A stretch of 64,000 nt of DNA from NCBI GenBank assembly GCA_964035545.1, contig OZ037772.1, forward strand, positions 3,377,538 through 3,441,537. Reading direction: 5' to 3'. Below the pieces are notes generated by a model, which saw only the letters and a program-made list of their open reading frames with translations, was not told the DNA's origin and did no database searches. A program made the position numbers and the translations under genes. Each line of letters opens with the position of its first letter. The stretch's first letter is position 1. Origin of the DNA: Bugula neritina (Eukaryota; Animalia; Bryozoa). Below are positions 15,229-28,800 of the stretch, in pieces.

Positions 15229-18200
15229 ATGGCAGAATCCAGAGTTGTGAAAAAGAGACTCAACAATTCGTATCGCTGTGGGTACTGCTTGCAGTACTTC
15301 AACAAACTTGAAAATCCCAGAACTCTGCCCTGTCTGCATGTGTACTGCATGAGATGTTTGAAGACTGACATCGGTGGTAGGAAGGATCATATTAGATGTG
15401 CTTATTGTAGGTGAGTTACAGTACATAACACAATATATCATGTCGTAGGCTTGCGTATCATTTTCTCACTATCATCTAGGAGTTGTCTGATCTGTGTCTA
15501 TGAAAAGCAAACAATACTGTATATTCTATGTGAACTCTGGTTACTTACTTGTGGAGTGTGTGGATATCTTCTCATTAGGTAGAGAAAGTAACTGTTATGT
15601 AGATTGCATCATCAGCTGTCCTCTCTTGTTGAATTGTGGTGCTGTTGGATGTCATGGGATTGGGGTTGTCGCCTCATTATATTATTTTGTTCTCATACAG
15701 TACAAGACTTGTTAGACCAACCTTTTTCATATCATCCCCACTTTCATAAATGTTTACTATTAATTATCCCCCCTTTAAAAAACGAAAAAATTTATGACTG
15801 TTATAATGATAATATAGATTACTATGCAATATTTTTCCTATTACATTTGAATATAATATAGTTATTTCTGATAATTATATTATGCATGTGTAAAACACAG
15901 AGCAGTTCAATTAATGATATTATGGCTGCAGCTGATGACATTGTGTCAGCTTGCTTTCCAACCTCCCACCCCAACCCTTAAACCCCAACCCCAATATTGT
16001 AATTAAAACACATTCATGTAGAAGTAGACTGAGATGGCAGAACTGGTTAAATACATAAGCTAAGATGAAGGCTTATAGATATACATGTACATGTAACTTG
16101 CAAGAGCTCAAAAGTCTTTAACAAACTGCTTGAAATTTTCAAAATCGAAATCCAGGCTACCCCTAAAAAGCCCAAATTCCCTCTTATAGGGGGATTCTCC
16201 CAGGTTGGGAACCACTGTGTTGGATTGACTTGTGTTTACTATCTTCTTTCCTGTGATTAGAAACATGTATGATGTTGTCATGACAACAGAGTTGCTGTGG
16301 CACAAAGTATAGTTTACTAGTAAGTAGTGATTGTGTAGTGAGAGTGGAGTGTCTGGTTATTGTCCATGGTTATGTGTAATCTGTAAGGAGTAGAATTATA
16401 TTATTTTAATATAATGTTGAGGTACTTCTATAATGGCAGTTTGCTCAATAGCTTCAGTTCTAATGCGATAGACTCATAGCTCTGGAGTCTAGCAGCTGCT
16501 ACTATTACCACTAGCTGTTTAAAATTCGGCCAACATCCGGGCTGCCAAAGCATAATAGCCATTGACAAGGCCAAGCAGTCACTGGGAAATTATTTGACCA
16601 AAGAGCAGGTCTTTTGACAATTAGTAGTCAGTCCCTTAGACAGGAATCAGTGATTCTGTGACCTATATTTAGTTAAATCCAATGCTGAAATTTTATTAGA
16701 TTATTAGACGGCCATCACAATTGTATTTGGTAGTGAGCTGTACAATATAATATTATGGGGTGTCAGTCAGTGTCTAATATAGTCTGTGAATTGAGTGTCT
16801 CCTTTAGCTTTGATGAGTTGATTACTTCTTCTACCATCAGTCAGTTGTATTGAGTGTTACTTTGTATTGAGTGATGAATAGTGTTGAGGATTTGGGCCTA
16901 TATTATGCCACCCCCCCCCCCTCTGACTTAGACTGTGACCCAGCCTGCTGCACATACATAGTAGTACTACACTGAAGATAGTTAACATGTGTATATATCA
17001 TATACATATATATATAACATATATATATACACATGCATATATCATCCTACTAGTAATGGATTACTAACTACAACTTATCCTATGACTCACTCTTCTTATG
17101 CTAGCTGCATGAGATAGACAACACTCACACTTGACACGCACTCACAGTGCACTAGCTCTTGACACATTGCCAAGAATAATGAAATGACAGTTTCGCGCCA
17201 CTCCTAGCAGTTAGAGTGGCAGGGAATAGTTGTAGTATGTTGTAGTATTGGCTCCTCAGAATTCACCCCTCAGTAATTAGTTGCATTGCACAAACTTGCA
17301 ACAATAGTGAATAATTATTGACAATATGGCCTCCACTCAGCAGTTAACTAGTAATTTATCTTGTCATTTTACTCTACAAGTTACAGTTGAGTCTATTTGG
17401 TGAGTAGCAGTTCTTTGTCATGAGTGACTATTTTCCAGCATATTAGGTACATAATATAGTCAAGTGTGTTTGTGTGGTAGCCTGTGGTCTATATAATGAA
17501 TGTGTGTTGATGAGTGATGAGTATTTATATGAGTATTTGTCAAAGACATAGCTGTGTGTGTGGATGGAGTATTTCATTACTTGAGATATACTAAACACAG
17601 CTAACACAGGTAACATACTGATTGCTATAATATATTGTAGGAAAGATCACTATGACATCACAGATCCCACAACACTACCAGTAGCTCAGCATGGAGACCC
17701 CTTAGAATACAAGTCTGCACCCATTCCCTGCGATGTGTGTAAAGGTGGAACACAAGCTGCTGTGTTTTGTCTTGAGAGTCAAAAGAAATTGTGTCAGCAA
17801 CATCAAGAAGTGAGTCTTTCTTAGATAATTTCTCAAGATTAGTTACTAAACCAGTTCTGGTTTGTATGTAGAATATTATTGTAAAGAAATGTTGAGTCTG
17901 TGTGACTTTTTATACTAAACACACAGTTTCACAGTGCAGTGAGTCAACTATGACAGACTTGTTGGTGAAAATACAACCAACTAAACTGTTGACCTTCATT
18001 ATACAGAATCACAGAGAGCTGATGGGAGATAGACATCAGTTTATTGACATTGAGGTCTACAGAGCTTCTCCCCAAAGATATACTATAACTGAATGTGAAC
18101 ATCATAAACAGGAACAGCTGACAGAAGTGTGTTCCAAGTGTCACCAGATATTCTGTATGAGATGTGATATGAGGACTGGCTGTAAGGATAAGACAGGTAT

Positions 18201-21200
18201 TTACTTGCTGTTTCTATTTCTGTAGGAAGAAACTGAGAAATGTTACAAGAAACTGTTATTTATTATTTTATTATTAAAGTGAGTTATGTAACAGTATAAG
18301 AGGAAGTAAGTTTGTCAGCATTAAGGTTTGTGTGAGACAGAAGTGGATAGTGCAGGAGTTGATATTCTCACTGTTATGTTGAATATTTAGTATATTTCAT
18401 CCTTCAAGTGTCTGTTCCCTTGATAAGATGGTATAGGCATAGCTTTAACTCAGTGGTGTCCCACCTTCTTCATACCATTCCCCTTTTTATAAATGTTTTC
18501 TATTAAGTTTCACCCCTTTTGAGAAACACTGTAACTTATATTCATAAAGAAAATCAGGCTACAGATTTTTTCCAGAAAAGGCCAGTGTATTTGACATGGA
18601 CCAGTGTCTGCCACAGCTTCAGTTTAGCTTTGAAAGCATTGATGCTGGTATTAAAAGCAGTGAGTTGATGATTATACTCATTCATTTTAGGTTCAGAGTT
18701 TTTAGTACAGCAAATATATCTACTAGGTATTCAGGAAATATTTTATGGAGATCAGTTTGACTGGCTGCAACAAATTCCTGTTAGTTTTTGCTTTCAAGAA
18801 ACTTTTTAACCTCCATTCGTAGTAGAAAGGGTAGCAGCTAGAGTAGAAAAGGAAAAGGCACTTTGTGTTTGACATGGACCAGTGTCTGCCACAACTTCAG
18901 TTTAGTTATAGTTATACATATACATGTAACCTGGAAAACAAGGCAAGAGCTCAAAGAAATGAAACCCCTGAAAAGCCCAAATTCCCTGCAAGGGGAATTC
19001 CCCCAAGGTTGGGAGCCACTGCTGTGATTAATGAGCTAACCTGTGAAATATTTCTAGTCCAACCAACTGTCTAGTTATCACATAGTATACATGTGTATAG
19101 TGATACATCATCAACCTGTAGTTAGAAGTATAGTAGGTGCAGAATAAATACAATATCATATCTAAAAAGGCTTTTATGGATCGTGTGATTTTATGTATAC
19201 AGAGGAGACAGTAGCATCCCATGACTTGGCATCTTTGAGTGATTTGTCTTGTGAGTTACGAGAAAGTCTGACTGGTGGAATAGAGACTCTGTCTGAGAAA
19301 GTTGCAGAGTTGAATGACATCTCAAAGGATGCCTGGAAAGAACTGAGTAAATTAGAAGATGAAGTGAAGAAGATGGTTGCCAGAGTAAACTCTGCAGCTG
19401 ACGCTCAGGTATGCTGACATGATGATGTCATCTAATGTATTTCTGTTTGTCTGAAATTAGGTTTTGCATTTGGTCTTTGAGTTGTAAATAGAAATGAATT
19501 TCATTTGCCACTAGAATCAACTGGCCATTAAAGCTTTATCATTCTGTGTAAAAGTAGCAGTAGTCATTCATCACATGTTACTCAGTGCAGAGGAACCTGT
19601 CAATACAGATGACTCACTCATCCTTCTGCACCTGTCAATCACTCACACACAGAGGTTGGCTGGCTGAGTGATTGACAGGTGTCAGGAGGAGGAGACTAGT
19701 CACGTGATGTACTAGCTCTCTGCTGTGTATAGAGTGTCACGTGACTGAGTCATTGTACACTCAGTGGGTGATCTGTCTCTTTCATTTCAAGTGTAGAGGT
19801 TGTGAGGTGCAGATGTGGTTACACTGTGTTACTATTTATTAGATAGAAGAGATTAGAAAGAGAGCTACAAACCTGAGGCTAGAAATATATGGATATTTGA
19901 AGAGCTGCACACAGATAGTGGATAATTATAGAATAGAGCTGGCCTTGAGTAAGACAATGGGCAGACAGTCTCTGCTGGACACAGTACAACATGCAGTTGA
20001 TAAGTTCAATGATGCAGGGATTGTGAGAGACTACAAAGAGATGAGTGAGAAGATGGAAAAGGCTACAGATATTGGTGTAATAGAGAAGTGTGTACTTCCA
20101 GACAGCATCTTGGTACCAACATGTAGGTGGAGTCTATAAATAGTAACACTAACTATAAATAACTTTCTACTTGTAATCAGTTGAATTGTTTTCACTGGAT
20201 ATTTTAATAGTAGAATAAGTAGATAGAGTTTATTTATTAGAGAATTGAGTTTTGTTCTACTCTCACATTATGAGACATTTCTGCAGTGTTTCAGAGTTTA
20301 TGATGTATAAGTGAGCTGCTAAACTGTGTTATGCTGACTACCTGCTGTCAGTATTAACAAGATATTCTCACTTAGACCTGTGCATCACGTAGCAACTTGT
20401 AGTAACTACAGACCGCTTGTATTTAAAACATCTTTTAGTTTTAAGTTTGAAAATCTGTTCCCACCTCCTCAGGTGATGAGATTCTCAAGTTATAGAATTG
20501 TTATTTTGTTGTTGCAGACAGTGAAGACAGTCTGGGACTGAAGCTGCTGCAGCCACCATCTTCTCTACAGTCTGATGGACTTTCTGTACGTGACTTGTGT
20601 TCCACAGTAAACATCTCAGCTGATGGACATGTGATGTGTGGGACACTAGAAGGTGTAGAAGTAATAAATAGAGAGACTCTAGGTACTATCAGCTCAGTGA
20701 AGAACACCAACACTACAGGGTGGTGGGAGATAATCCAACCTGAAGGGGTGATGGTTGGCAGCTGGTATAACAAGAAGAAGAAAACAGCTGAAGTCTCACT
20801 TCTTGATCCGAACTCCTTTGAGAAGACTCGCTCCCTCTACAAGCAGTCAGTAGATGAACTCACTTACTATAGAATAGCTCAGCACGACTCACTGCTCTGT
20901 ATTGTAGACAGGAGAGAGAAACAGCTGGTAGTCTGTAACCTAGTTGACAATAAAATACAGAAGTTCCCACTTCCTGAAATGAAGATCCCTCGACCTGTAT
21001 GCGTCCTCCCAGACTCAACTCTCCTCATAGGAGACCACACTGTAGATGGTGCAGTGAGAAGACATAAAGTGGAGAACACAACTCTCACTCTAATGTGGGA
21101 GTTTCCTCACATCTTAGAACCAACTGGTATTTCCTTTGATCCAACATCTGAACTGATTCACATCTGTACATGGAGAGGACCTCTCCTCATCCTCTCACTT

Positions 21201-22343
21201 GAAGGTAAATACTCTGTTTATTATAGTAAGTTTAGTTATTTATATATAATTATGTTGTAGTAAATAATATATTTTAATAATTACCAGTAAACAACTTCCA
21301 CTCATAAGATATATTATGATATTGTTAGTACTTATCAAGTCACTGATGTTATTTTTAGCTAAAGTTATGTAATAAAGACTGTAACATGCTGATAGTAGAT
21401 GTTGTATTCTTCATCACATGACTTGTAGCTAATAATAATATTAGTGAATAATACTGCCTCCCTACAATAAGTTTATTTCCAGCTGCAGTAACATGCAGGA
21501 TGTAAGCACAGGTAAAAGTGTATATTATATTGTATAGGTTTAAGGTGTACTCTGTGTAGTGTGCAGTGAGCTCTTAGTAAACTCTCTATTCAGTCTTCCT
21601 TTCCAAGGGTTCACCTGGTAGTGTAGAGGATAGGGACTCCACACTGTTGAGTGAGTTGGTGCTGCAAGGGGTTCAAACCCACCTATCAGCGTGTCTAGTT
21701 AGTATACTATGCAAGTGTTTTACAGTAATTTTAGAGGTGCTCAGTCTAACAACTGTACAGACTGCCAGCTACACATGAGTTATAAGTTGTAGTTTGACTT
21801 CAGTCTAGTGCTGCTATTGTTTTGGTCATCAGATAATTTAAATATGAATAATTTGATACTTTCTGACTGCCATTACTGAGTTTATTGTAAGTTGATGATG
21901 GCTTGTAGAGCAGTGTTTGCTGGTGGGACTCAGGTGGCTGTGGTTGGTTCTTGTCAAGTATTTAATATGTGATAATGTTGGAGTAGCTGTAGTAGTAGTA
22001 TTGGAAGTAGACATGTGGGTGTGTTCATGGTAAAAGCCACAGGCTAAGTTTGTGGGTCAAGGTCAATACAGTTGTATAATGAGACACTACTTTCTATTAG
22101 AATATTTACTTCATGCATGTAACCTGCTTAGTTCCATCTTTAAAGACAGTCTGTTTGTTTCTCTCAATACACACCAACTGCTACAATATGATGCTATTAT
22201 TTACAGGTCAACTGGTGCTTACTGTTCCCAGAAAAAGTCTTGGTGTGCGTGACTTGGTGTTTGACATTGCTGTGTATAACAGAGACACAGTGTTTCTAGC
22301 ATGTAGTTATGATGGTCTGAGGAGATACACAATAAAATACTAA
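15229..22343 (+). CDS. TRIM-family E3 ligase (RING, B-box1, B-box2, coiled coil, NHL/beta-propeller-like C-terminus), ~616 aa. Exons 15229-15410, 17641-17809, 18007-18196, 19203-19408, 19843-20122, 20518-21204, 22207-22343
   Basis: RING CGYC..PRTLPCLHVYCMRC..IRCAYCR; B-box CDVC..AVFC..LCQQHQE; B-box CEHH..VCSKCHQIFCMRC; helical region; propeller-like repeats (PRPVCVLPDSTLLIGD, EPTGISFDPTSELIHIC). All six introns are GT-AG with matching phases (1851 nt total). AATAAA near 22519. Confidence 0.88.
15712..16218. mobile_element. Degenerate hAT-like MITE in TRIM intron 1
   Basis: 3' end aagcccaaattccc...ggggattctcccaggttgggaaccactg is shared with 18451-19021 and with ~36350-36480. Confidence 0.5.
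18451..19021. mobile_element. hAT-like MITE in TRIM intron 3
   Basis: Imperfect terminal inverted repeats cagtggtgtcccacc / ggttgggagccactg. Confidence 0.6.
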
Positions 22344-24142
22344 ACTTATCAGCTACAGTTTACTAATAATCAGCTCAGTGAGGTGCTGAGAGATAAACTA
22401 GATAATATTTGTCATCAACATAGTTGGATTCATTACAATTCATCAATACACACTCTGTATTTATAGTTGGATATGAGATGTTTTACTGTATCAAATATGT
22501 GTTGTTATTTTACCATCTAATAAAGTTTATTTGTTAGCGAAAACATAGTCTGTTTTCATGCCTCATTAGCTTTAGTTCAAGTTGAGTTCGGTTAGTAACA
22601 ATAATCTATACTGGAGCAGTAACTGTAAATGACTTGTTTGTGAGAGAATTTATACACTGAATTGACATGCAGGTGCAAGTAACTCCAACATGACTAAGTA
22701 AATTTAATCCAATTATTCATAATAATATACATTCCACTGCTCTGTATACAACAGCAATGAGTAGCCAATCAAATTGTTTCTTGTCACGCAATCAGGAATC
22801 TGATAAATAATATATAAGGCAATCAACTAGATGTAAACACTGTATTACTCTACACATGAGCTGTCTGTGATGCAGCTGCTTTGTAAACTGTGTGTAATTT
22901 GATGAGTAGTTCAATTGGTTGCAGTTTAATTATGACATGTTCCCCATTCACCTGGTAGAAATCCCATGAGGTATAATAGAGGACAACTCCTAAGCATGTT
23001 TGAAGGCATGTTTTTAGTAAACAATATATTGCAATGCTACCATCTGATTGGACAATTATGTCCTCATAAAATATAAGCTTAGAGCTCTTGAGTAAATTGC
23101 AACTAGTTGCCAAATGGTGATGGTAACATTTACATGTAAACTCAACTCTTAAGTATAGGTATTATATAGTACTGATGGGTTTGTATTACTTTTACCTGCA
23201 GGGCTGACTACATTATAAATTGGTTAATACAACTCATCTTGGATTCGACTACTACAACTTATATATATAGTATTCGGAATAACTCCAAAGTAGCATATTT
23301 CTGTTAAAATAACATTTATAATAAACAGATAAATTATATATTTACTGATTCAATCACTATTTGAGTTTTCAAATTAAAATTCAATAAGAGAGATCAGCAA
23401 GTAATAATCATATGTTATGTAATAATATATGCAACAAAAAAGCATCATTATAAAATTTAACAAAATGTATTAGCAGTTATCTATACTGAGATTATAATGT
23501 AATACTAATGTTGTAAAAGTATTGAACTATCAATTGATCAACCCCCTCTCTTATTATTTAACCTTTGACCTACAAACAATGCTTTCTTGTTGCTATTATA
23601 CTGTCTTTTTTTAGTTGGCTCATAGAAACAGTTTCAATCTAACAATGTAGTGTTGATACAAATCAGAGTATATAAGCTCAACAATAAAACATAAGAAATA
23701 AATATCCTCAATATCTTAAGGAATATTCCAGAGAACACTGCAGGCTAAGCTAAGATATTTTACAACTACATGCAGTTGACATATCTTCATGAATTGTGGA
23801 CCATTTTGGTGCTTCTGTGTGCACAGACAAGTTGTAATGACTCTAACAGAAACTTTCTCAGTAGGTTTCAGTTCATCTTGAATATAGTACAGCTTGTTGT
23901 CATTTGGCCTCAATATTATTGATGATACACTACCTTGTTTGGCCTCAATAGTATTGATGATACACTACCTTGTTTGGCCTCAATAGGCAGAGTCTTCCCA
24001 ACTCAACTTCCTTCGAATTCATTCTGAGAGAGCGAAGCAAACCCTGACTTACAGGTAATAGTCACTGCTAGCAGCTTACCAAATAGTCACTAGTCAGTAT
24101 TCACTAGTCACCAGTTGCTAGTCACCAGTTGCTAGTCGCCAA

Positions 24143-25484
24143 TCACCAGATACTAGTCCTCTACTATGTTGCAAGTCACTTGATAATCTGAACAATCACA
24201 GGCCTTTTTAAGCTGAGCGAGTTGTTGGCATGACTATTCCTTTTGCTGATTGTAGATGTATAAATTCAGTGGCAGTAGAAGACGCATACGGTAGGAAGAA
24301 TAAGTCAGTCATTTTATATACAGCTGGTGATAAAGAATACACAGCGACAGATAGCAGGTTTCAATATTCAGTGCTGCAGGATAATTGCAAGGTATGTAAA
24401 TCTGACCTGTATAGTGTAATTTTGACCTATATAGTGTAAATCTGATCTATATTGTGTAAATCTGACTGATATAGTGTAAATATGACCTGCATATGCACAT
24501 GATTGCGATAGTTGCATCTTTTGTTTTATTAATTTACTGCGGAGCTTGCCTTTGAGGCTTGTAATAAATGTTTACGAGTTCAACCCAAAAGCCACTTTGA
24601 GTGATGAACAAGTTTAGAGTTTTGAGTTTGCCCTCTGCCATTTTGTAGTATGCCAAATCATCAGAAGCTCAGACAGAGATTGACACCAAGACCTCCACCC
24701 ACTTGCCTATTATTGACATTGCTCCTGGTGACATCGGGACCACCCACAAAGAGTTTGGGGTTCAGCTTGGAGAAGTCTGCTTTTCATAGACTCATATCTA
24801 ACAACAGTTTTATTTGTCTGATTTGTAAAACTGTCCCTGATTAGAGAATTAGTGGCCAATCAGAGAATGCAATCAATGTTGGTTGGCTGAGACCAGCAGT
24901 CTGATTCTTATATAACCTAATTTTTAACTGAAATATTTGATTACTCTAAATAAATTTATCCGAGACTTCCAAGGCAGTGATGGTGATTTTTGTACATATA
25001 AATTTGAAGGAGTTTAGCTATAGGGTTTATGCTGTTTTTTTAATTATTCCACCATAACCTGAGATTGTGAGTAGTGATTCTAGAATGAGGTAGGGAGGGT
25101 GTAAAGCCCCTCCCTATGACTTTATATATTTAGAAACTGTTGTTAATTTAGTAATTCTGTTGGTGCTACATTTTTAAATTCATTTAATCCGATCATTTCT
25201 CTGATATTGCAAAATATATTTTACCATAAGGTGCTACACAATTTATTTCTCAGCTTGTAGATTTCATCATCAAAATTATTGAAGTAATAAAATTGGTCCA
25301 GAATTTGAAAGAAGCTGCAGTTTTTAGATCTGATTATTTAACCTATTTATCCTGAAATTAAACATTGTTAGTTTAAAATGGAGTGTAACATATATTTTAG
25401 TCACTTAGTTCCAACTGTGTTGACCATATGAACATTTTAAATTTTCCTTTGGCTGCTATGAAGTACATAAGTAAATGGCATTAA
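24143..25484 (+). pseudogene. Duplicated copy of the collagen 3' end (last two COLFI exons plus 3' flank; copy of ~5075-6546)
   Basis: Collinear near-identity over ~1.35 kb including the intronic 20-bp repeat and ggttcagcttggagaagtctgcttttcatag. Confidence 0.9.
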
Positions 25485-25599
25485 ATTTCACAGGTCACAT
25501 CATCTCGTAAAAGTTAATTGTAAATAAAAATAAATTTCAAGTGTTTTTGAGAAGCTATAGGTTTGTATGTTTGAACAAATGAAACATAATGTTCCTTAA

Positions 25600-28480
25600 T
25601 GTCAAGATTCTGCTTATACCACAATACCATAAACATTGTGACTCTGTCAGTAGCCAAAAGAAATGATGAAAAAACTTGTTTACTAACACAACTAGTAAAT
25701 TTTATAAATATCAGACACGATTTAGAGAAGAGTTGATGCTGCCCTGCTGCTGCGAGACGGCGGAAGATTTTTGAAAACATAGATTGGGACTTTAGTAGAG
25801 TCAGACCTGGGCTCGCATTTGAAAGGCTTGTTACTGAAAGCAGAAACAATAAATATCAAAAATGTCTACTTTTCAGGTTCCTGGGAAATTTTTTCAGATG
25901 TATTTCTGAAGCTAACAATGTTTTACTAACCTTCATGTCAAGGGTTCTCTTCATCATTGTTATACAGACTTTGAATACCGTCTTGTATCAACTGGAAACA
26001 CACATTACAATCATTAACTCAAGCACAATCAACATAGAAGTTTAGCAATTACCAGTGAGCGTTGAAAGAATTTCAACAGATTGAAAACTTTTCCAAATAA
26101 ATTATAAGTCTACAAACCGTTTTTGATCTAGCAATGAGCCATTTTAATTCGATACATAGTGGTGACTGCTTTAACAGCAGCCCTGAACCTGCGCTTAGCT
26201 GGGATCTTGGTTGGGGGGTGGGGTCTATTCCTGCCATTGTTTCTGCCCATCTCAGTGTCTCTGCTACACACTCCGGCGTTTTTACATTTCAGGGCTTCCA
26301 GCTGGACCTTCAGCATGCTGATCGTATGAAGGTGCTCATAACACTGAACTTTCTAAAATTCATCATTGAAACTATTTCTTGAGCCTCAAAGAATAATACA
26401 GTCACAGTATAACTCATTATGCATTCTATAAATCAAATTACAAACAAATCAATATCTAATAATTATGGTGACAGTCAACATCTCAAATATTCTTATTAGA
26501 CTTTTATATTCTATAATATATTGTATTTATTACACTGCAATATAAAACCAAAACCTATACTGAAATTTATACCTGCGACTGAAGATCAGCCTCTTGACTT
26601 TTACACTGGTCTAGAAGGGTGTTGACTTGTGAGTCTCTTTCTTTAGCTGAAGCTAATAGTTGTTCTTCCAAAGTCCACAATAAGTAACGCAAAAATACGT
26701 ACCTAATTGTGTGAGGAAGTCATTGTGCAAAGAGGGCCAGGTTAAATGATACTGCTATAAAGACAAACTATGCACCAACCACAGAAGGAAGTGGGTTATA
26801 AGTGAACATTTCTAGAGCACTCAAGTAAAAGCGTCTACATCTGGATTACTTTAAGAAACAGAATGACTGACTGATTTATACCTTTACAATTTCCTCATAC
26901 TCATTGAGTCTCCTCTCATACTCTGACTGTAATTGAACATTTTCTGTTGCAAGTTGGCTGTTCAAAGCGATCAACTCTAAAACAACACATGCTTTCTCAG
27001 ACAACTAAAGGCCATAGGCTTCTATCCAACTTACACTGTGAGATTAGGATAAATTAAGTGAGCATTTCAACACCACAATAAGCAGTATTAGAACCATCCA
27101 CTTTCGTGCAAATAGTTTCATTGAATCCATTGCTGCATGAATGTAGTGAAAAACAAAAAGATATGGAAATTAAAAAGGAGACATAGGCTATAAAATTTGA
27201 TGGGTTTAGTGAAACCAACACAGAACCCACACTTCAAGTCATATATTTATTATTACAACAGAATAAGGAACATCAGTAAGTAAGTATAAAAAGTATCCGT
27301 TCTCAAGTCCAAACCTCCATCTGCCATCTTGGAGTCAAAACTTTTCCTTTTCTCGTGTGGGGTAGTTGAGCCTGCATTTCCACAGGAAAAAGCAGTATTA
27401 ACATTACTGGCTCCACCCACATTACTGGCTCTACCCACATTACTGGCTCCATCCACATTACTGGCTCCACCCATCTTACTGGCTCCACCCACCTTACTGG
27501 ATTCACCCACATTACTGGCTCCACCCACATTGCTATCACCTGAAACAATAATTTATAATATATAACACAAAAACAATTTTATTAAAAACTTATTGATGTT
27601 ATTGATGTTGAGTTCTAGTCTGTACTTCTCCTTTAGCTGTTCATCACATCTCAACAGTACAATAGATCAATAATTTAAAGATTAAAATTTAATTTAATAA
27701 ATAATTTTAAACGCTGTATCACTGAATAATACATAGCTTGAAAATGAAACTACAACACAATAATTTTTAGCTGTGTGTCAAAGTTCTATGAAAGCAGCAG
27801 AATTAGTCAATCCAAAACATGAGTCTCTGTATAACTTGGCTTTCTCTTCACTTTATTGTAATGGTACAAAAACAGGACGAATATTGTAAATTGATCTCAA
27901 AAAGTTGTTAGTGTTCATTTGAAATAATAACTTTAGCCAAAAATCCTGTCAAGAAAAAAGCTTTTTCTAGTAGGTGCAACAGTACACAAGTTTTATCAGT
28001 ACCAAGTTGCGCGTACACCTCTACTGAAAAAACATTTTTTCTTTAGGTAATCTGAAAACCCAACTTAGGCTATGTGGAGACAATGTTTGTTTATTTGAAT
28101 TTATGACATGGTTACTTGAGAAAGACATTCTTTCAACTTTTTAGGAGTACTTTGATAAAATTTATCTAAATTACACAAAAATTCTGCTGATTCTTATATA
28201 ATGGTAAGACAACAACCTGACTGGTACTTCCTATCAGCTACAAGAGTTTGGACTTTATCAGCCATGTTGATGGCGGACTTGTGTTCTTGTAATACAGAAG
28301 GCAGTATATCAGCTCAACTAACCAATGACTTGCAGCACAGAGCAGGCTAAGACTGTATAGGCGTTGTCAAAGCTTTTAGTGAAATGTTCTTGATGAAAGC
28401 TTTTGGCAATAGCTTTCTGGCTGTTAAGTTTTTTGTTGAGTTGTCATCCTGCATCTGTGCCTCTACACCATTCAGCATTC
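25600..28480 (-). pseudogene. Decayed multi-exon gene for an unidentified coiled-coil protein
   Basis: Minus-strand segments ending in GT donors encode LEEQLLASAKERDSQVNTLLDQCKSQEADLQSQ (~26575-26670) and LIALNSQLATENVQLQSEYERRLNEYEEIVK (~26882-26977). Also KRRFRAAVKAVTTMYRIKM (~26140-26200). Stops occur in neighbouring segments. Confidence 0.4.
27401..27535. repeat. 18-bp minisatellite (CCCACATTACTGGCTCCA), ~7 copies
   Basis: Read directly; reads (VGGASN)n on the minus strand. Confidence 0.85.
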
Positions 28481-28596
28481 TCACTCACATTAACAATTAT
28501 TTTGCACCTTCTAATTAAAGGAAAAGGAATAGAGAAATAAGTAGTACAGCCAACTAAGTCTGCCTCAATTCTGTCTTTACTAAAACCTGATTGCAT

Positions 28597-28800
28597 ACAG
28601 TGTAAGTATACTGTGTAGGTATATAGTGTAAGTATACTGCGTAGGTATATAATGTAAGTATACTGTGTAGGTACACAGTGTAAGTATACTGTGTAGGTAT
28701 ATAGTGTAAGTGTACTGTGTAGGTACACAGTGTAAGTATGTAGTGTAGGTATGTAGTGTAAGTATACTGTGTATGTAAACAGTGTAAGTATGTAGTATGT
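28597..28800. repeat. 28-bp minisatellite (AGTGTAAGTATACTGTGTAGGTA[T/C]A[T/C]), ~7 copies
   Basis: Read directly. Confidence 0.85.

Noticed and set aside
26128-26316. PACT domain (pericentrin/AKAP9) suggested by RRFRAAVKAV
   Set aside because: The upstream half of PACT (RKALIYQKKYL-type) is not visible; kept only as an unidentified coiled-coil remnant.
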